This document shows positions 49,329-62,571 of a DNA stretch of 64,000 nucleotides, piece after piece. The first letter of the stretch is position 1. Each line of letters starts with the position of its first letter. The stretch comes from Takakia lepidozioides (taxonomy: Eukaryota > Plantae > Bryophyta): contig CM060731.1 in assembly GCA_030704615.1 (NCBI GenBank), forward strand, positions 70,742,001-70,806,000, given 5' to 3'. The position numbers and the translations under genes were made by a program. The notes under the pieces are model-generated. The model was not told the origin of the DNA and ran no database searches. It saw nothing but the letters and a program-made list of their open reading frames with translations.

Positions 49329-50030
49329 TAAGCGACCGCCGACTGGCGGTCGCTTAATTCAAGATTCAAAATAAAAATAAGCGACCGCCGCTAAATGACA
49401 GTCGCTTCATTTAAAAAAAAATATTAAGTAAGCGACCGCCAAACGGCGGTCGCTTAATTTAAGAATCAAAATCAAATCGAGCGACTGCCTCCAATTCCAA
49501 ATGGCGGTCGCTGTATTGTTTATTAACAAAAATAGCGATGGCCGCAAAATGGCGGTCGCTGCATTTTTCAAAAATTTACTGAAGAAGGGACAGCCAAACG
49601 GCGGTCGCTTCATTTAAAAATACAAATAAAAATAAGCGACCGCTGCTAAATGGCGGTCGCTAAATTTAAAAAAAAACTATAGCGACCGCCACATGGCGGT
49701 CGTTGTATTTTTTCAAAATATATCAAAGATATAATAATAATAATATAATAAAGTACGAGCGACCGCCAATCTGGGCGGTCGCTTCATTTAAAACATAATA
49801 AACTTCAACTGAGCATCAACATAGGCAGCCGCTTATTCTAAAATATAATAAAATACAAGCGACCGCCAATATGGGCGTCCGCTTCATTTAAAAATTAATA
49901 AATTATCGGCGACCGCCAATATATGCGGTCGCTTAATTTAACAAAATGATAAATCACAAGCGACTGCCAATATGTAAGGTTGCTTCATTTAAGAAATAAA
50001 AAAATATATGCGACCGCCAATATAGGCGGA
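49256..50030. repeat. Array of ~15 palindromic units AGCGACCGCC-N-GGCGGTCGCT in AT-rich linkers (~50-bp period); (TA)n at 49290-49323
   Basis: Directly visible, e.g. 49330 AAGCGACCGCCGACTGGCGGTCGCTT and 49430 AAGCGACCGCCAAACGGCGGTCGCTT. Confidence 0.85.
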
Positions 50031-50742
50031 TGTATTTTCTAAAAGAAATTAATAAATATTAATAATTGGCCACGTCTGTTTTACACCGTGGCTGCCATGT
50101 CATTACAAATGATAGAAGTAAATCGTAAAAGTCAAATATAAAAAATATTACATGGGTAAACGTACGGATTCGACGTGACGTGACGTGACGTACGTCGGAC
50201 ATGACGGCCGACGTGTCAGCGCCACGTCACGTTAGGAATGATAACTAGGGCTCAAGAGATTATCCTGGCTGTGCAGGGTCATGAAAATGAAGGGACTAAC
50301 CGTAAGGTTGACCAGGTCCAGCAGAGAGCAGGGGAGGTTCGGCAGGCTGGGGGGAGGTCTCAGTAGACAGGCGTGGACTTTCAGCAGACTATTATGCAGT
50401 CTCAGCAGACTATGTGTGGAGTCTCAGCAGATCGGCATGGAAATTGAGCAGACAGAACATGAAATTCAGCAGACTGCCTTGGAAAATCAGCAGACTGACA
50501 GACAGTCTCGAGACGCCTGTGACTAGGAGACTCGCAAACAGACTGGACAGAAGACTCAGGATGACACTCCCATTGCGTACCAGCAGTCCTAGTAGAACTC
50601 ACGGTAGACCTCCATGGAGTCTGCTGAACAGTACCCTCCACAGAGTGTCCTCCACGATTTGCCCACAACATTTGCTGCTGAGTCTATTATGACGGGACAA
50701 TGACACATTCAACAGCCTGACCAGCAGTGGATATCTGAGCAT

Positions 50743-53613
50743 TTGACCCAATTTAAACGGACATCGTCTGCCCAACCCAACTTTTTAATGTTTGCCGACC
50801 CTTTGTCAATGGTGCCAGAATCAACTTTCCCTCGCCAGATAAGTTCACCCACACACTTTGGCCCACACGATATAACTATGACATCGGTAAATCCCCCGTA
50901 TCCATCATCCCGTAGCGTGCCAAGTATGATATTTGAGCTTAGTCTCGTCTTCGTTCGTTCACTGGCGAGAGTCATCGATGAATTTGAAGTGAGCGAACCG
51001 ACCTGTAGACCAGTAAACCACATCATAGACCATACAGCAGAATCCGATGAGGGAAGTCCAGCAACCCGGCCTTACATGTCTCTGATTGCACCCCTCCCAC
51101 CTCTTTCAACCCCGAGTCTGTTATGTCAGTAGACCCTCACAACTTACTTGATGGTGAAATTGATAGTCTGCTGGTGCGCCTACAAGACCAGAACCACCGT
51201 ATGGTAGAGCAGGACAAGCAGCAGACTAACAAGACTGCCAATGAGAGTGCAGGGACGACTAGAGAGGAGATTGCCTTGGACACTGTAGAGTGCACTCCCC
51301 AGGAGACTGTCCAGCAGGGTATAGGGGACACTGCCCAGGAGACTTGCCACGAGGGGACTAACCGGGATAATGGGCAGGAGACTGTCCAGCAGACTGTGCG
51401 GGGAGGTGTCCAACAGACTAGGCAGGAGACTGCAGTGGGGGCGAACAACGACACAAGTGTAGATGACATTGTCCCGGAGTCTGCCAACGACATTACCTCG
51501 GAGACTGCACATGACTCCTCCCAGCCCAACAGAGTCCCGCAAGACTGCCCATGAGTCTGCTCCTGCGTCTGAGGATCTCTTCAGCAGACTCCAGAATACT
51601 CTGCCTAGGAGACTACACACAAGTCTGCTCAGCAGGCTGCACAAGACTCCGCCCAGGTGACTGCCTAGCAGTCTGCGTATGAGTCTGCCCGGAAGACTGC
51701 AGCAAACCCTGCCCACCAGACTGCGCATCAGTCTGCCCAGGTGACTGCAGCAGACACTTCCCAGCAGACTGCAGCAGACTAAACAGAAGACTGCACATGA
51801 GTCTTCCCAAGAGACTTCTCCAGAGTATGCCCAACAGATTATCGGGGAAACTACAGTTGACCCATCTAAGGCGGCTGCTCAACAGTCGTTCCAGCAGACT
51901 CCAGTAGAGCCAACCCAGATGTGTGCCCAAGAGACTTTCCATGAGGCGTCAGTGGAGGATGCCCGCAGACAAATTTTGCCTGTTGACACTTCCTGATTCT
52001 CGTGTTATTTCAATGCATGCCATTTGTGAGGCTGCGAGGACTGGACTGGCAAGTGTCAACAAACCTCCTGACAGTCTTCTGCTGCGCAACAGAGCTGTAA
52101 TATTGCGGTAGTCTGGGCAAGTCATCCCGGGCATTGAGGTGGAGAGCACCTCCGTGCTAGCAGAAAGAGGAAAAGCCAGAAAACGCCCGGTCGTTGAGGC
52201 GGTCAAGGAGACTGGAGAAGGTCATGTTCAAAAGAGACCAGTCAGGAAAGACAAGTCTGATGTGTTTATGAACAAAGACCGCCGATTGTGTTTGGACATG
52301 GACAAGAGGTGGCAGAGTTACTTAAGTTGAAGAAGTAAGTCATACGTGGTCTGCTGCTCGGTCGTGTCCTTTCAAAGTTGCCTGGGTCTGTCGTATCTTC
52401 TGGCAGTCTGCTAGCTCTGCTTACACCCGCAGCCTTTTTCTGCGTTTTTTAGAGGATTGTACTTGGTCTGCTTTGACTGTGCTACAGTCTTGTGCTTTTG
52501 GACTTTGTCGAATGTCAGGTCTGTTGGTCGGTCTGCTAGGACTCTGCAGTCAACTTGTGTTTTTGGACTTTGTGGAATGTCAAGTCTCTTGATTGGTTTG
52601 CTAAGACCCTGCATCAGACTTCTGTTTTTGGACTTTGTGGAATGAGTGGTCTGTTGGTGGGTCTGCCTGTATGTGCAAGATTGAAAGTCGTATGTGGCGA
52701 TTGATGTCCGTACATATAGCCGCTGGGAATAGCATGATGTACTTTTTCGAAGGAGACTCGCGGTTCCGATGTGGCATTGCGCCGGAAGACATGAAAGCAC
52801 TGAACTTGGTTGAGTCGGAGAGCTCGGACAGACTTTGGAGGTCTGGTGTTGTTTCTTCGAGATCAACTCCTTGGACTCGAGGACGTATGGCACTATCGCT
52901 CTTTAACCAACGTCAACGTGGACCAGGTTTGTTTTCCAGACTTTCAACACAGCCCCACGCGAAACCTTGGTGGCAAACCTTGATGGTGCCTTGACTCCTG
53001 CGTGACTTGGCAAAGACATTAAAGACTGCACTCATATATTGGTGCCAGTCTTTCAAAGGTAAGACCCGACAGACTTGTTCCCTTTTTGGAGTCTGCTGAA
53101 TATTGGCTCGACGTCATGGTCTGTTGGACTCTTGCTCTGTTGGACTCCTGCTCTGTTGGACTTTTGGTTTACTGGACTCATGGTCCGTTGGATTACTTAG
53201 TCTGTTGGAGTGCTGAGTCTGTTGGACACTTGGTCATTTGGACAGCCGAGTTTGTTGGACTGTTGGTCTGTTGGGTTTGGGACTAATTAAATCATCGGGC
53301 ATGTTAATTTTTCCATTGAAGGGGGCACTAGAGCGTCATTATCATCGACCTAAGGAAAGGCGCCTATACCCACTTGAACTCCCGAAGGGAACTACATACT
53401 TGCGTACAACTCCTTGGTTGGATTCGGAAGGTGTGTGCAGGGTGCTTTGGATATGCTGTTGGGACTCCAAAGTGGGATGAAGTTATGCCATTTCAGTTCA
53501 ACGCTCCCGAAGTGCCCCAACAACCTTTCAGTTGGGAGTGTGGGTTTTATGTGATGTCTTTCATTGAAGGGTATTATGACTGGCTGAAAGACAATAGGCA
53601 GAAAACCAAATAG
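50743..53613 (+). pseudogene. Ulp1/SENP-like cysteine protease pseudogene with a long repetitive N-terminus (MULE accessory gene)
   Basis: The last exon ends with APEVPQQPFSWECGFYVMSFIE (Ulp1 PQQ...CG.YV catalytic Cys motif). It converges on the MULE transposase. Confidence 0.6.
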
Positions 53614-54587
53614 AGAGGACAAGCCTGCACCCCAAGGTGGTTTAATTTCTGGTTTCCGTTGCTGCAGCAATTGCAGTGTGTAAAGTATATCCGCCGTGGT
53701 TTGGACGATGCAGAAAAACTCATGCTCACTCGAGGAAATAAATATACACATTCATTGTTGTTTCAATTCACATTCCATGTCGTTAGTCCCAATGTTTGTA
53801 ATATCTTCTGAGATGAAGGCCCACATGCACTCATATTGTCCCCACCTATGCATGTGCATCATAAGCAGCCGTACAATGGACGAACAATACAAATAACTTT
53901 GAGTACTAAACCCTACGTTGTCACTTCAGCAGACTACTTGGTTCAACTGTTAACTACTGTAAGCAGACTACAACAGTCTGACCAGTCTGCCGCCGCTGAG
54001 CAGTGTACTGAGCAGTCTGCTGGCCGCTGAGCAGTCTGCTCGGCAGACTGGATGACAGTTTGGTGCATAGTGTATGCCGGTGCAGTTGGGCTCCGTGTTG
54101 AGGCGACTACGCTCGGTGGGAGCAGTTCGGTGGACAGTGCAGAAGACCACCAAGTCTGTCCATAGTGTATGTCTGTTGGGTGGAGTATTTAGCAGACTAC
54201 GTAGTGTATTGAGCAGAAGAATGTTTTTGTGTCTGAATTAGCCGAAAACCATCAGCAAACTTGCCAGTGTTTTTTTGAAGTTGTGCAGTCTGCTGAGTAG
54301 TCTGTTTGGCAATTTGCGCGGTCTGTTGAGTAGAGTGACTAGTCTTCCACAATTTGACAGTGGAGCGTTCTGAGGTCTGATGGACTGCAATTCTAGGCCG
54401 TTCATGATGCAAACATGTATGCACACGCAAGCAGATGATGGACCAGTCTTTATTTCTCTGCATGGAATATGATGGCATAACATTGTTTTGCTGTGTCGAG
54501 TATGCTGTCTACTTGGGTCCTGTAAAACGGTTTGAAACCTTAACAATTCTAGAGTATACTTGCATCGCAGGTGTTGGGGCATACACC

Positions 54588-55760
54588 CTATTGCGCGTTC
54601 TCTGCAAAACTCTGGGTTGGGTTTCCCATGCTTCGACGATTTTTTTTTTTTTTTTTTTTCAGAGACATATTATTATTGTCGTCAACAGGTCGGAAAGGTT
54701 TTGCTGCACGAGGATGTAGCATCCCAGCAGCACTTTTGGCCAAGATATCAATAAGCTGCCCTCTACAGATTCGAAGGCACGACAGCACATGTGTCTTGAG
54801 GTACTTGTCATCACCCACAATACGAAGTATATCTGACCATTCTTCGGCCGTAGTCAATGGGACATAGACAGGCTCCTCGGGGGGTGCGAAATCACAGTCC
54901 TCCATAGGTCTGTCCATCGCACCTACCTTCCTGGCGGCAATCGTGTCATCCAACATCAGATTATGCAATCCTTCATGTATGGTTCCGAGCACCGTGCCAC
55001 ATGCACGCACTATGAGTCCATCCTGCAAGTCAGGATGAAGCAACTTCAGCACTTTCACTTGGTGTTTGCACAAATTGCCTTTCATTGCCCATGGGCAAGT
55101 GCAAGAAGCCCAATCTGATCCAGGGTTGTAAACAATGTAGGTTGTGTCCGGGTGATTGCTGCTGAGCACATACGCTGGTTGTCCTTCCACCAACGACAGA
55201 GTCACATTGCTTGCTGGAATGTCCCTGGCTGCTAGCACAGAGCTAGATATGTACTTTTCCTGTTTGTCATTCCGTATGAACCCATGCGTCTTCAAATGAA
55301 TTGCGTACCAGTAGTGTGTGAGCACACGGCCTGCGAGTTCCCATATTAGCCAATTGATTCTTCAACCAGTCATTTTGCCTTTCCCCATCCTCAGTCTAGT
55401 CTTCAAGTTTCCATGGTATGCCTCAATGGTAGCATTTGTGTCTTGACTGACATGTGGAACAGGGCGAGCATCAATACACCACATTGCTATTTTAGGAGAC
55501 CATTCCTTGTCGATGTACTTTAAAAATTCCCGGGCATTCCGATATTTCTTTCTCATGTCCCTGATTGTTTGGGCAAGCCAGACAAGCGTTTTTTTGGGAT
55601 CGCTTGGTCCTCTACAATACATGAGGTCTCCCATATCCTTCAACACGTTTGCTGCAGTGACGGGATCTTTGGTCTTCTGGCATGATTGCTTTACCCATGC
55701 CTTGCGGACATGCCAAAGGCACAGGAAAATGATGACTCGTTTGAAAACAACCCTGCACAT
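54588..55760 (-). pseudogene. MULE (Mutator-like) transposase with SWIM zinc finger, C-terminal exon
   Basis: IFLCLWHVRKAW, DTNATIEAYHGNLK, G*RINWLI (one in-frame TGA at 55362-55364) and SCTCPWAMKGNLCKHQVKV (SWIM). Upstream exons missing. Confidence 0.85.
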
Positions 55761-56324
55761 AATACATCCACATCAGGCACTTCAGAGGGAACCTCCCCAT
55801 TGTCGGTGGACACTAACCGAGTATACTGGAGACCTCCAACAGACTCCACACTAACCCGTAAACGGACTTGGTGGTAAGACACTGCCTGCGGGTCTGGCGG
55901 GCCGACCTTCCCTCCCAAGTCTGCCAGTAGACCCATGGAGTGTTCCAGCGGACTCGCCCCCACGAGTCTTCTGGCGGACTTGGCCCGTTGAGTGTGCCAG
56001 CAAACACACCTACACGAGCCTGCAAGCGGACTCGGTCGGGCGAGTCTGCCAACGGACTTGGTAGGGCGAGTCGGACTCGCCCACACGAGTGTGCAGCGGA
56101 CTCTCCGAGTCGAGTCTGCCAGCGGACTCGTGCATGCGAGTCTACCAGGGAACTGGCGCAGCAGACGAGTCTGCCAGCAGAGTAGCCCAAAGCAGACTAT
56201 GACGCATTGACGACACCGCCATGAAGTGTGTGTTGAACCCGCCCGACTCATGTCTTGTTCTCAAACCGTTCCAAACCGTGGAGACTGATGGTTGCTATCT
56301 TCTCAAGGTTCTTCAGACCTATTT

Positions 56325-57048
56325 TGTCGCACACCTCGATTCGGTAAACTCCCCTTCAAGTCATAGTTACTCGCTTTGATGCGCGCGCCTGACTCCCAAT
56401 CTGGCCGCCGGGCCAACTTGGAGTTTCGGCTGCTCACCGGGACATAACGGTCCCCTTCCGCTTCCCTCTAAACCCTCCACCTATTTGGGACTAGGAGAAT
56501 TCCCTTTGGTAGATGGCAGTCCGGAACAGCTCCCCACTCTTTGGTCGCTTTCCGGCTCGCTCGCTTACTCACTAGTTTTTGGTCACCAACGGGCTTGCAC
56601 CGTTCTCGGGGTTACTACTCCCTATATATACTTCTGTAGCTGTCCGCGGGGGTTTCATAACCAGCCATGCCATTTTATGGCGAACCACCACGAAAACCCT
56701 CGACTCCCGGTGGTGAGTCGCGGTGAGTCTTGGCCCACTCACCGCGGCCCCAATGGACCGTGATGAGTCCCAAGACTCCCCACGACTCCCACCTCGAGGT
56801 CTCCACCCCATGGTGAGTCCTATGCCACCCCCACTAAGTCCCACTAAGCTACCACCACCCCTTGTGGAGCCACCTCCACCGCAACCCGGTGTGCGGGGCT
56901 CCACCTAGTGAGCGCCTCCGCCTCCTTGAGTGCCTTGGGCACTCAAGGGTGCTTCAGCCCCCCATACCTATCGCCGCCGCTGCCCCCACCACAGGGGCAG
57001 CCCCTCATGTGTCCCGACCCCCTGCCCTCAAGGCAAAGGGCCGCGACA
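56325..57048 (-). repeat. 3' LTR of the chromovirus
   Basis: TGTCGCAC...CCGCGACA on the plus strand; same sequence as 62572-63295. Confidence 0.97.
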
Positions 57049-57954
57049 CACACCCCTACCAACAGGGAGTCGATGTCCTCATCGACTTGTCCATTTTGTA
57101 GAAACGAACATCCAAGTTGTGGCGTCCCACATCAAGGAGTTTGTTTCCGTACCATGGCGTCCCATGGCAAAGAACCAAACCCCACACTTGACTCCACTCT
57201 CCACTAGCTAGTTCGGCCGACTTCCTCCAAGTCCCGGCCAAGGGTGGAGCCTCTCCAGCTCCTCCCAGTGCACTCTTCTTGGCCTACTTCAAGGCCAAGG
57301 AACGATCCTCCCCGAGGATCGAATCGCCTTACTGCAACAACATTGCTTGCGATCGCTCATGATGCCGCTTTTGGCATCACCTTGAGCAAGGGTTCACCTG
57401 AAACCCTCTTTGACTAGGAAGATAACCTTGAACCAACCGTGCGCCCCAATCACTACAATTGGGTCCGCCTTGGAATGCTGGCCTGAGGTACGGGAACACG
57501 CCGAAGCCGCACTACGACTTCGTCCCGAGGCTACACGATTATAGTACGTGAACGGAAGCACGTAGCTTCCGCGTTAGCCCGCACTACAAGGCAACCCCCT
57601 CGGTAGCGCAGTTATAGTACGCGCACGCGCCAGGTGCGCACTAGCACTTGAACTCCCAAATAAGGCGCAAGTTTCCTTGCCCCTTGGATGGGAGTCACCC
57701 GATTTCGGCACTGCGCAAACACACGATTAACCCAATTTACCTCTCCCACTTTTGTAAGCTAGCATGCATTCTACACACCAGCCAACCACACCATGCATCA
57801 CCATTCCAAACACAATAGGACGCACAATATTTGGAACCCATTTCCTTTATCACAAATTTTTGTACAATACAAGTTTTTGCAATCGGATTCCTGAGCTAGC
57901 TAAACCGGGCTAAGCATGCATTTCCTCCCCCACGCTCCAAGGTTGATGTCCCCA

Positions 57955-60900
57955 TCAACGCTTCTTCCGCTTTTGAGGTCGCCCTTCGAACGCTGCAACT
58001 GCCTCGGATGCGTTTCCCATTTCTGAGGCACGCACCCAAGATGCCTCCACAAGATGATAGCCCTTCCATTTGACGAGATACTCCGTTTCTCGGTTCTTGA
58101 ACCTCCTCGACTTAAGTATTGCCTCCACCTCGTACTCGGGTTCATTTTCATGATCCAACAGCATAGGTGGCGGACGCAACACTTGCTGCCGATTCGGACG
58201 TGCTTCATCTTTGAAGTAAGGCTTCAAAAGGGAGACATGGAATACTGGGTGCACCTTGCTGTTTGCTGGCAGCTCCAATTCATACACATCCTCATTCATA
58301 ACCCTCCGAATGCGAAAGGGACCCGCATACGGAGGTACGAACTTCGGACTCATTTCCGGAGGTAGTCGAAAATTCTTGATGTTCAACCAGACCTCTGTGC
58401 CTGCCTCAAACTTCACTTCCCTCCGCTTCCGATTCGCCTGCCTTTCATACCGTTTCCTAGCTTTGGCAATGTTGTACTTTGCGAGCTTCAACAAACGCTC
58501 GCGTTCTTCCAGTACCGCCGCTACTGCCGGTTCCTCAACGTCCTGGGCGGCCCAACTTGTCGGCACCAGAGGTGCTTTTCCATAGACCAACACAAAAGGG
58601 GAAACTCCCGTCGCGGAGTGTTCTGTGTTATTATAACAGAACTCTGCCGCGTCTAAGTGTTCCATCCAGTCTGATTGGTCTGCCGACACGTAATTCCGCA
58701 AGAATTGCTTCACTACGGAATTCACTCTTTCCGTTTGGCCGTCCGTCGTAGGTCGGAAGGCGGTGCTCATCTTCAGCCTCGTCCCCATCTTCTTCCAAAG
58801 TGCTCTCCAGAATTTACTCGTAAACTTTGGGTCGCGGTCCGAGACAATATCCTTCGGGACTCCATGATGCTTTAAGACGTGGGCGAAGTAAAGTCGCCCT
58901 GTCTCCTGCGCAGTGCCGTCTCCTTGGTGGGGATGAAATGGGCCATTTTACTGAACCTATCTACCACCACCATGATTGCATCGAATCCTTTTGACAGCGG
59001 CATAGCAGTCATGAAATCCATCGAGACGCTTTCCCAAGTCCCCTCTGGAATCGGCAAGGGTTGTAACAGCCCCGCTTGCTTTTTATACTCGCTCCGGTTT
59101 TGTTGGCATGTGGTGCATGTCTTTACATACTCCTCTGCCTCCTCCCTCAGTTTGGGCCAGAAATACTCTTTCTTCAAGAGTGCCGCAGTGCGCTTGGCTC
59201 CACCGTGGCCCGCAAGCGGGCTATCATGGCATTCTCTCAAGAGACTATCCCTGATCCCTCCCTTTGGCACATAGAGACGTTTTTGCTTATACCGGAGCAG
59301 TCCGTTTTGCAAGTGGAACTGCGATTTAACCCCCATTCTCAAGTTCTGCATCACGCACTTTGCCAGCTCATCCTTCCGGCAAGCCTTCCGGATCTTCCTT
59401 TGGAGCGCCGTCTCGCCCTTGTACACCAACAAGAGCTGCTGCTTTCTACTTAAAGCATCGGCCACCACATTGTCCCGTCCCGGTTTGTACTGGATATCCA
59501 CGTCGAACACTGCCAAAGTATCTTGCCACCTAAGTTGTTTTGGGGACAACTTGGGCTGCGTGGCAAAATACTTCACCGTGACATTGTCCGTGAACACCTT
59601 CACTGGGTTGGAACCAACATAGTGGCGCCAGAGTTCAAGGCAATGTACCACCGCCTTCATCTCTTTTTCGTGCGTCGGCCACCGTCGCTCCACTTCATTC
59701 AGTTTCTTACTTTCGTAAGCCACTGGACGTCCATCTTGCATAAGTACACCCCCAATTGCGAAGTCCGATGCATCTGTATGAATCTCAAACGGACGATCGA
59801 ACTCCGGGATTTTTAAGACTGGAGCTTCCGTCATCCGCTGCTTCAATTCAGCAAAAGCTTGGCCACAAAATGTGTTCCATACCCAGACTTTGGATTTACA
59901 CAGAAGGTCCGACAGCGGCCCCGCGATCTTGGCGAAATTTCTCACATACTTCCGGTAATAGGAGGCGAGTCCTAGGAAGGATCGCACTCCCGGGACCGAA
60001 GTCGGAGGCTCCCAGTCCAAGATCGCCCTCACCTTTCTGTCATCCATTTTGATCCCATCCTGTGTAATCACGTGCCCCAAGAACTCCACTTTTGTGACCC
60101 CGAATTCGCACTTTGAAGCTTTGGCATACAGCTTCCCTTCTCGCAATTTTTGGAACACCCTTTTGAGGTGCTCCAGGTGCTCCTCCTTTGTTTTCGAGTA
60201 CACCAAGATGTCGTCGATGTACACGATCACAAAGTCATCCAACCACTCCTGGAAAAGGCTGTTCATCAGCGTGCTAAATGTCGCTGGTGCATTGGTGAGC
60301 CCAAAAGGCATCACCAAGAACTCATATGAACCATACCTTGTCCTGCACGCGGTCTTCTCCTCATCTCCTTCCGCCACCCGAATTTGGTGATAGCCGGAGC
60401 GCAAGTCGATCCGGCTGAAATACTTCGCTCCTGCCAACCGATCGAAGAGGTCGTCGATCCTTGGCAAAGGGTACCGGTTTTTGATAGTCACCTTATTCAG
60501 AGCCCTGTAATCGACACACATCCGCAGCGTCCCATCCTTCTTGTCTGCAAATAGCACCGGGGCTCCGTAAGGTGACTTACTCGGCCGGATGTACCCCTTT
60601 GACATTAGATCTTTGAGCTGAGTCTTCAGCTCGACCAACTCTTTGTGGCTCAACCGGTAGGGCGCCTTGGCAGGCGGTTCCGATCCCGGTATCACCTCAA
60701 TTTTGTGGTCAACTCCTCTTCGCGGTGGCAAGCCGCTTGGTAAATCCTCCGGCATCACATCCTGGTATTTCTCCAAAATCCCCTTGATCCAATCTGGGCT
60801 TGGCTCCCCATCGCCTTCTCCTTTCACTTCTCTAATGTAAAGCAAAAACTGGGACTCGTGTGTCTCCTCCACGGCCCACTCCTTTGCTGATAGAAGGTTT

Positions 60901-62516
60901 ATTCGCCCTCCCACGGATTTGGGCGTTTCCGACACTCGTAAAACCTCGCCACCATTCCCACATGGCAGCGTGACTACTCTCTTGCGGCCATCTATGACCG
61001 CTCCGGATTTGCTCAAAAAGGTCATTCCCAAAATGAGATCCACTCCATCGATCTCGCAGATAGTGAAGTTCTCACGTCCCTCCCAACTCCCCAGTTGAAG
61101 AGGAACATCAAACGCCAACCTTGTCGCCAACTGAGGTTCTCCTTTGGCAGAGCGCACCTCAATAGAGGCCCCCACGTCACTTGTCGGGAGTCCCAACTTT
61201 CGCGCCGCCGCCGGCGTCATGAAGGAGTGCGACGCTCCTGTGTCCACCAACAACGACACATTAGTTCCGGATATTATCCCATCCACGAACAATAACTGAC
61301 TCCCTTTTCGTAAGGCGCCAGTTTCCTGATACAACTCACAAGAAAATTTGCCTACCTTGCAAGTCCTGGCGACCACCGCTTCCACCAAGCGACTGATGGT
61401 ATCTTCCGACAGCTCCGTGGTCGCCCGAGTCATGTTCAATTGCCGGGGCTTCGTGCACTTCTTGGCCATGTGCCCGGGCTCCCCGCAATTGAAACACACT
61501 CCATCAAAGGTCGCCTTCTGTCCGCCATAAGTCGCTCCACCCGCTTTTCCTTTCGAAGCACCGGGTGCCGCCTTGACGTGTGAGGGACCTCCCTTCGATT
61601 TCCACGTGCCATTTTCGCCGCGTGGCCTATCCCACTTCTTTTCCGGTCGGGAGGAGTCACCTTCCCGCCGGGTCTTCTTGTGGTTCAGCTCCGTACGGCC
61701 TTGTCTCTCACCCCTAGGGACATCCGAGAAACATTCAGCTCTCTCAATTGCCTCGTTCAAAGTCTTGGGTGGCTTCTCCTCCAACTTCCGCCTAGCCCAT
61801 GGGGCCAGTCCCGCCACAAAGTTGAAGACCATTTCTGGTTCTGCCATGTCCGCGACTTCGAGCAACAGCACATTGAAAGCCTGGACATACCCCCGAATGT
61901 CATCTGTTTGCTTCAAATTCCTCATCTTGTCCCGGGCAAGCCAGGATGCGTTGAGGGGCACAAACTGTCTCTTCATCAATTCCTTGAACTCACTCCAGTT
62001 CAAGGTTTCCGGGCTTGGGCCTCGGTCGTGAAGGCGTTTCTGCCACCATTGTTGAGCATAGCCCCTCAAATAGGTGGGAGCCACTTCCACCCGATCCTCG
62101 TCACTCAACTTGGCCGCCCGGAAGTACTGCTCTAGCTCCAGGAGCCAGGTGTTGAGTGCCTTCCGGTTTCGAACGCCCTCGAAGGTGCCGGGTTCCTTAG
62201 GCTTCACCTTAAACTTTGCCTTGGTGGAAGTGGCATTAGCCGCCTTCAACACGTCTTTCAACGTCCCGCCAAACTGCGCCAACAACCCTTCCCAAAAGGC
62301 TGCCGGCATTGGAGGCATCTCTTGGTTTGTCGGAGCTCTCAAAGATTCCTCGGGCTCCGACTCCTCGGATTCCTCCCGCTCCTGAGCGGCCTCGTTTTCG
62401 GAAACATTAATCGCTTCCTCAAACGGCCGCCTCGGTGACACGTCGCCCCCATCGGGCTCACCGGGGTCATCATCTTTTGGGCCGTTCCGCTTTCGCTTCG
62501 GCTTGCCCGACCCCAT
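57955..62516 (-). CDS. Gag-Pol polyprotein (gag, CCHC knuckle, PR, RT, RH, INT, chromodomain) with one frameshift near 58912
   Basis: ATG at 62516 ([10 protein letters not shown]); [14 protein letters not shown]; [11 protein letters not shown]; YIDDILVYS; [15 protein letters not shown]; SVSMDF..VVDRFSK; after the frameshift [22 protein letters not shown] and [17 protein letters not shown]. Confidence 0.95.
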
Positions 62517-62557
62517 GATGAGGCCAATCCCAAGGACGATCGCGTACTGAACTCTAA

Positions 62558-62569
62558 GCTCTGATACCA
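62558..62569 (-). promoter_or_regulatory. tRNA-iMet primer-binding site
   Basis: TGGTATCAGAGC on the minus strand, 2 nt inside the 5' LTR boundary. Confidence 0.93.
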
Positions 62570-62571
62570 AG

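Noticed and set aside
49256-50030. CRISPR-like array of palindromic repeats
   Set aside because: The repeats vary, the spacers are similar AT-rich tracts rather than unique sequences, no cas genes are present and the context is eukaryotic TE.
50172-50248. Helitron 3' end (hairpin plus CTAG)
   Set aside because: The base after CTAG is G rather than T, and no matching 5' TC end or RepHel was found. It is kept only as a possible terminus.
56485-57241. Short ORFs in the chromovirus LTRs (also 62732-63463)
   Set aside because: GC-rich LTR sequence open by chance, duplicated only because the LTRs are.
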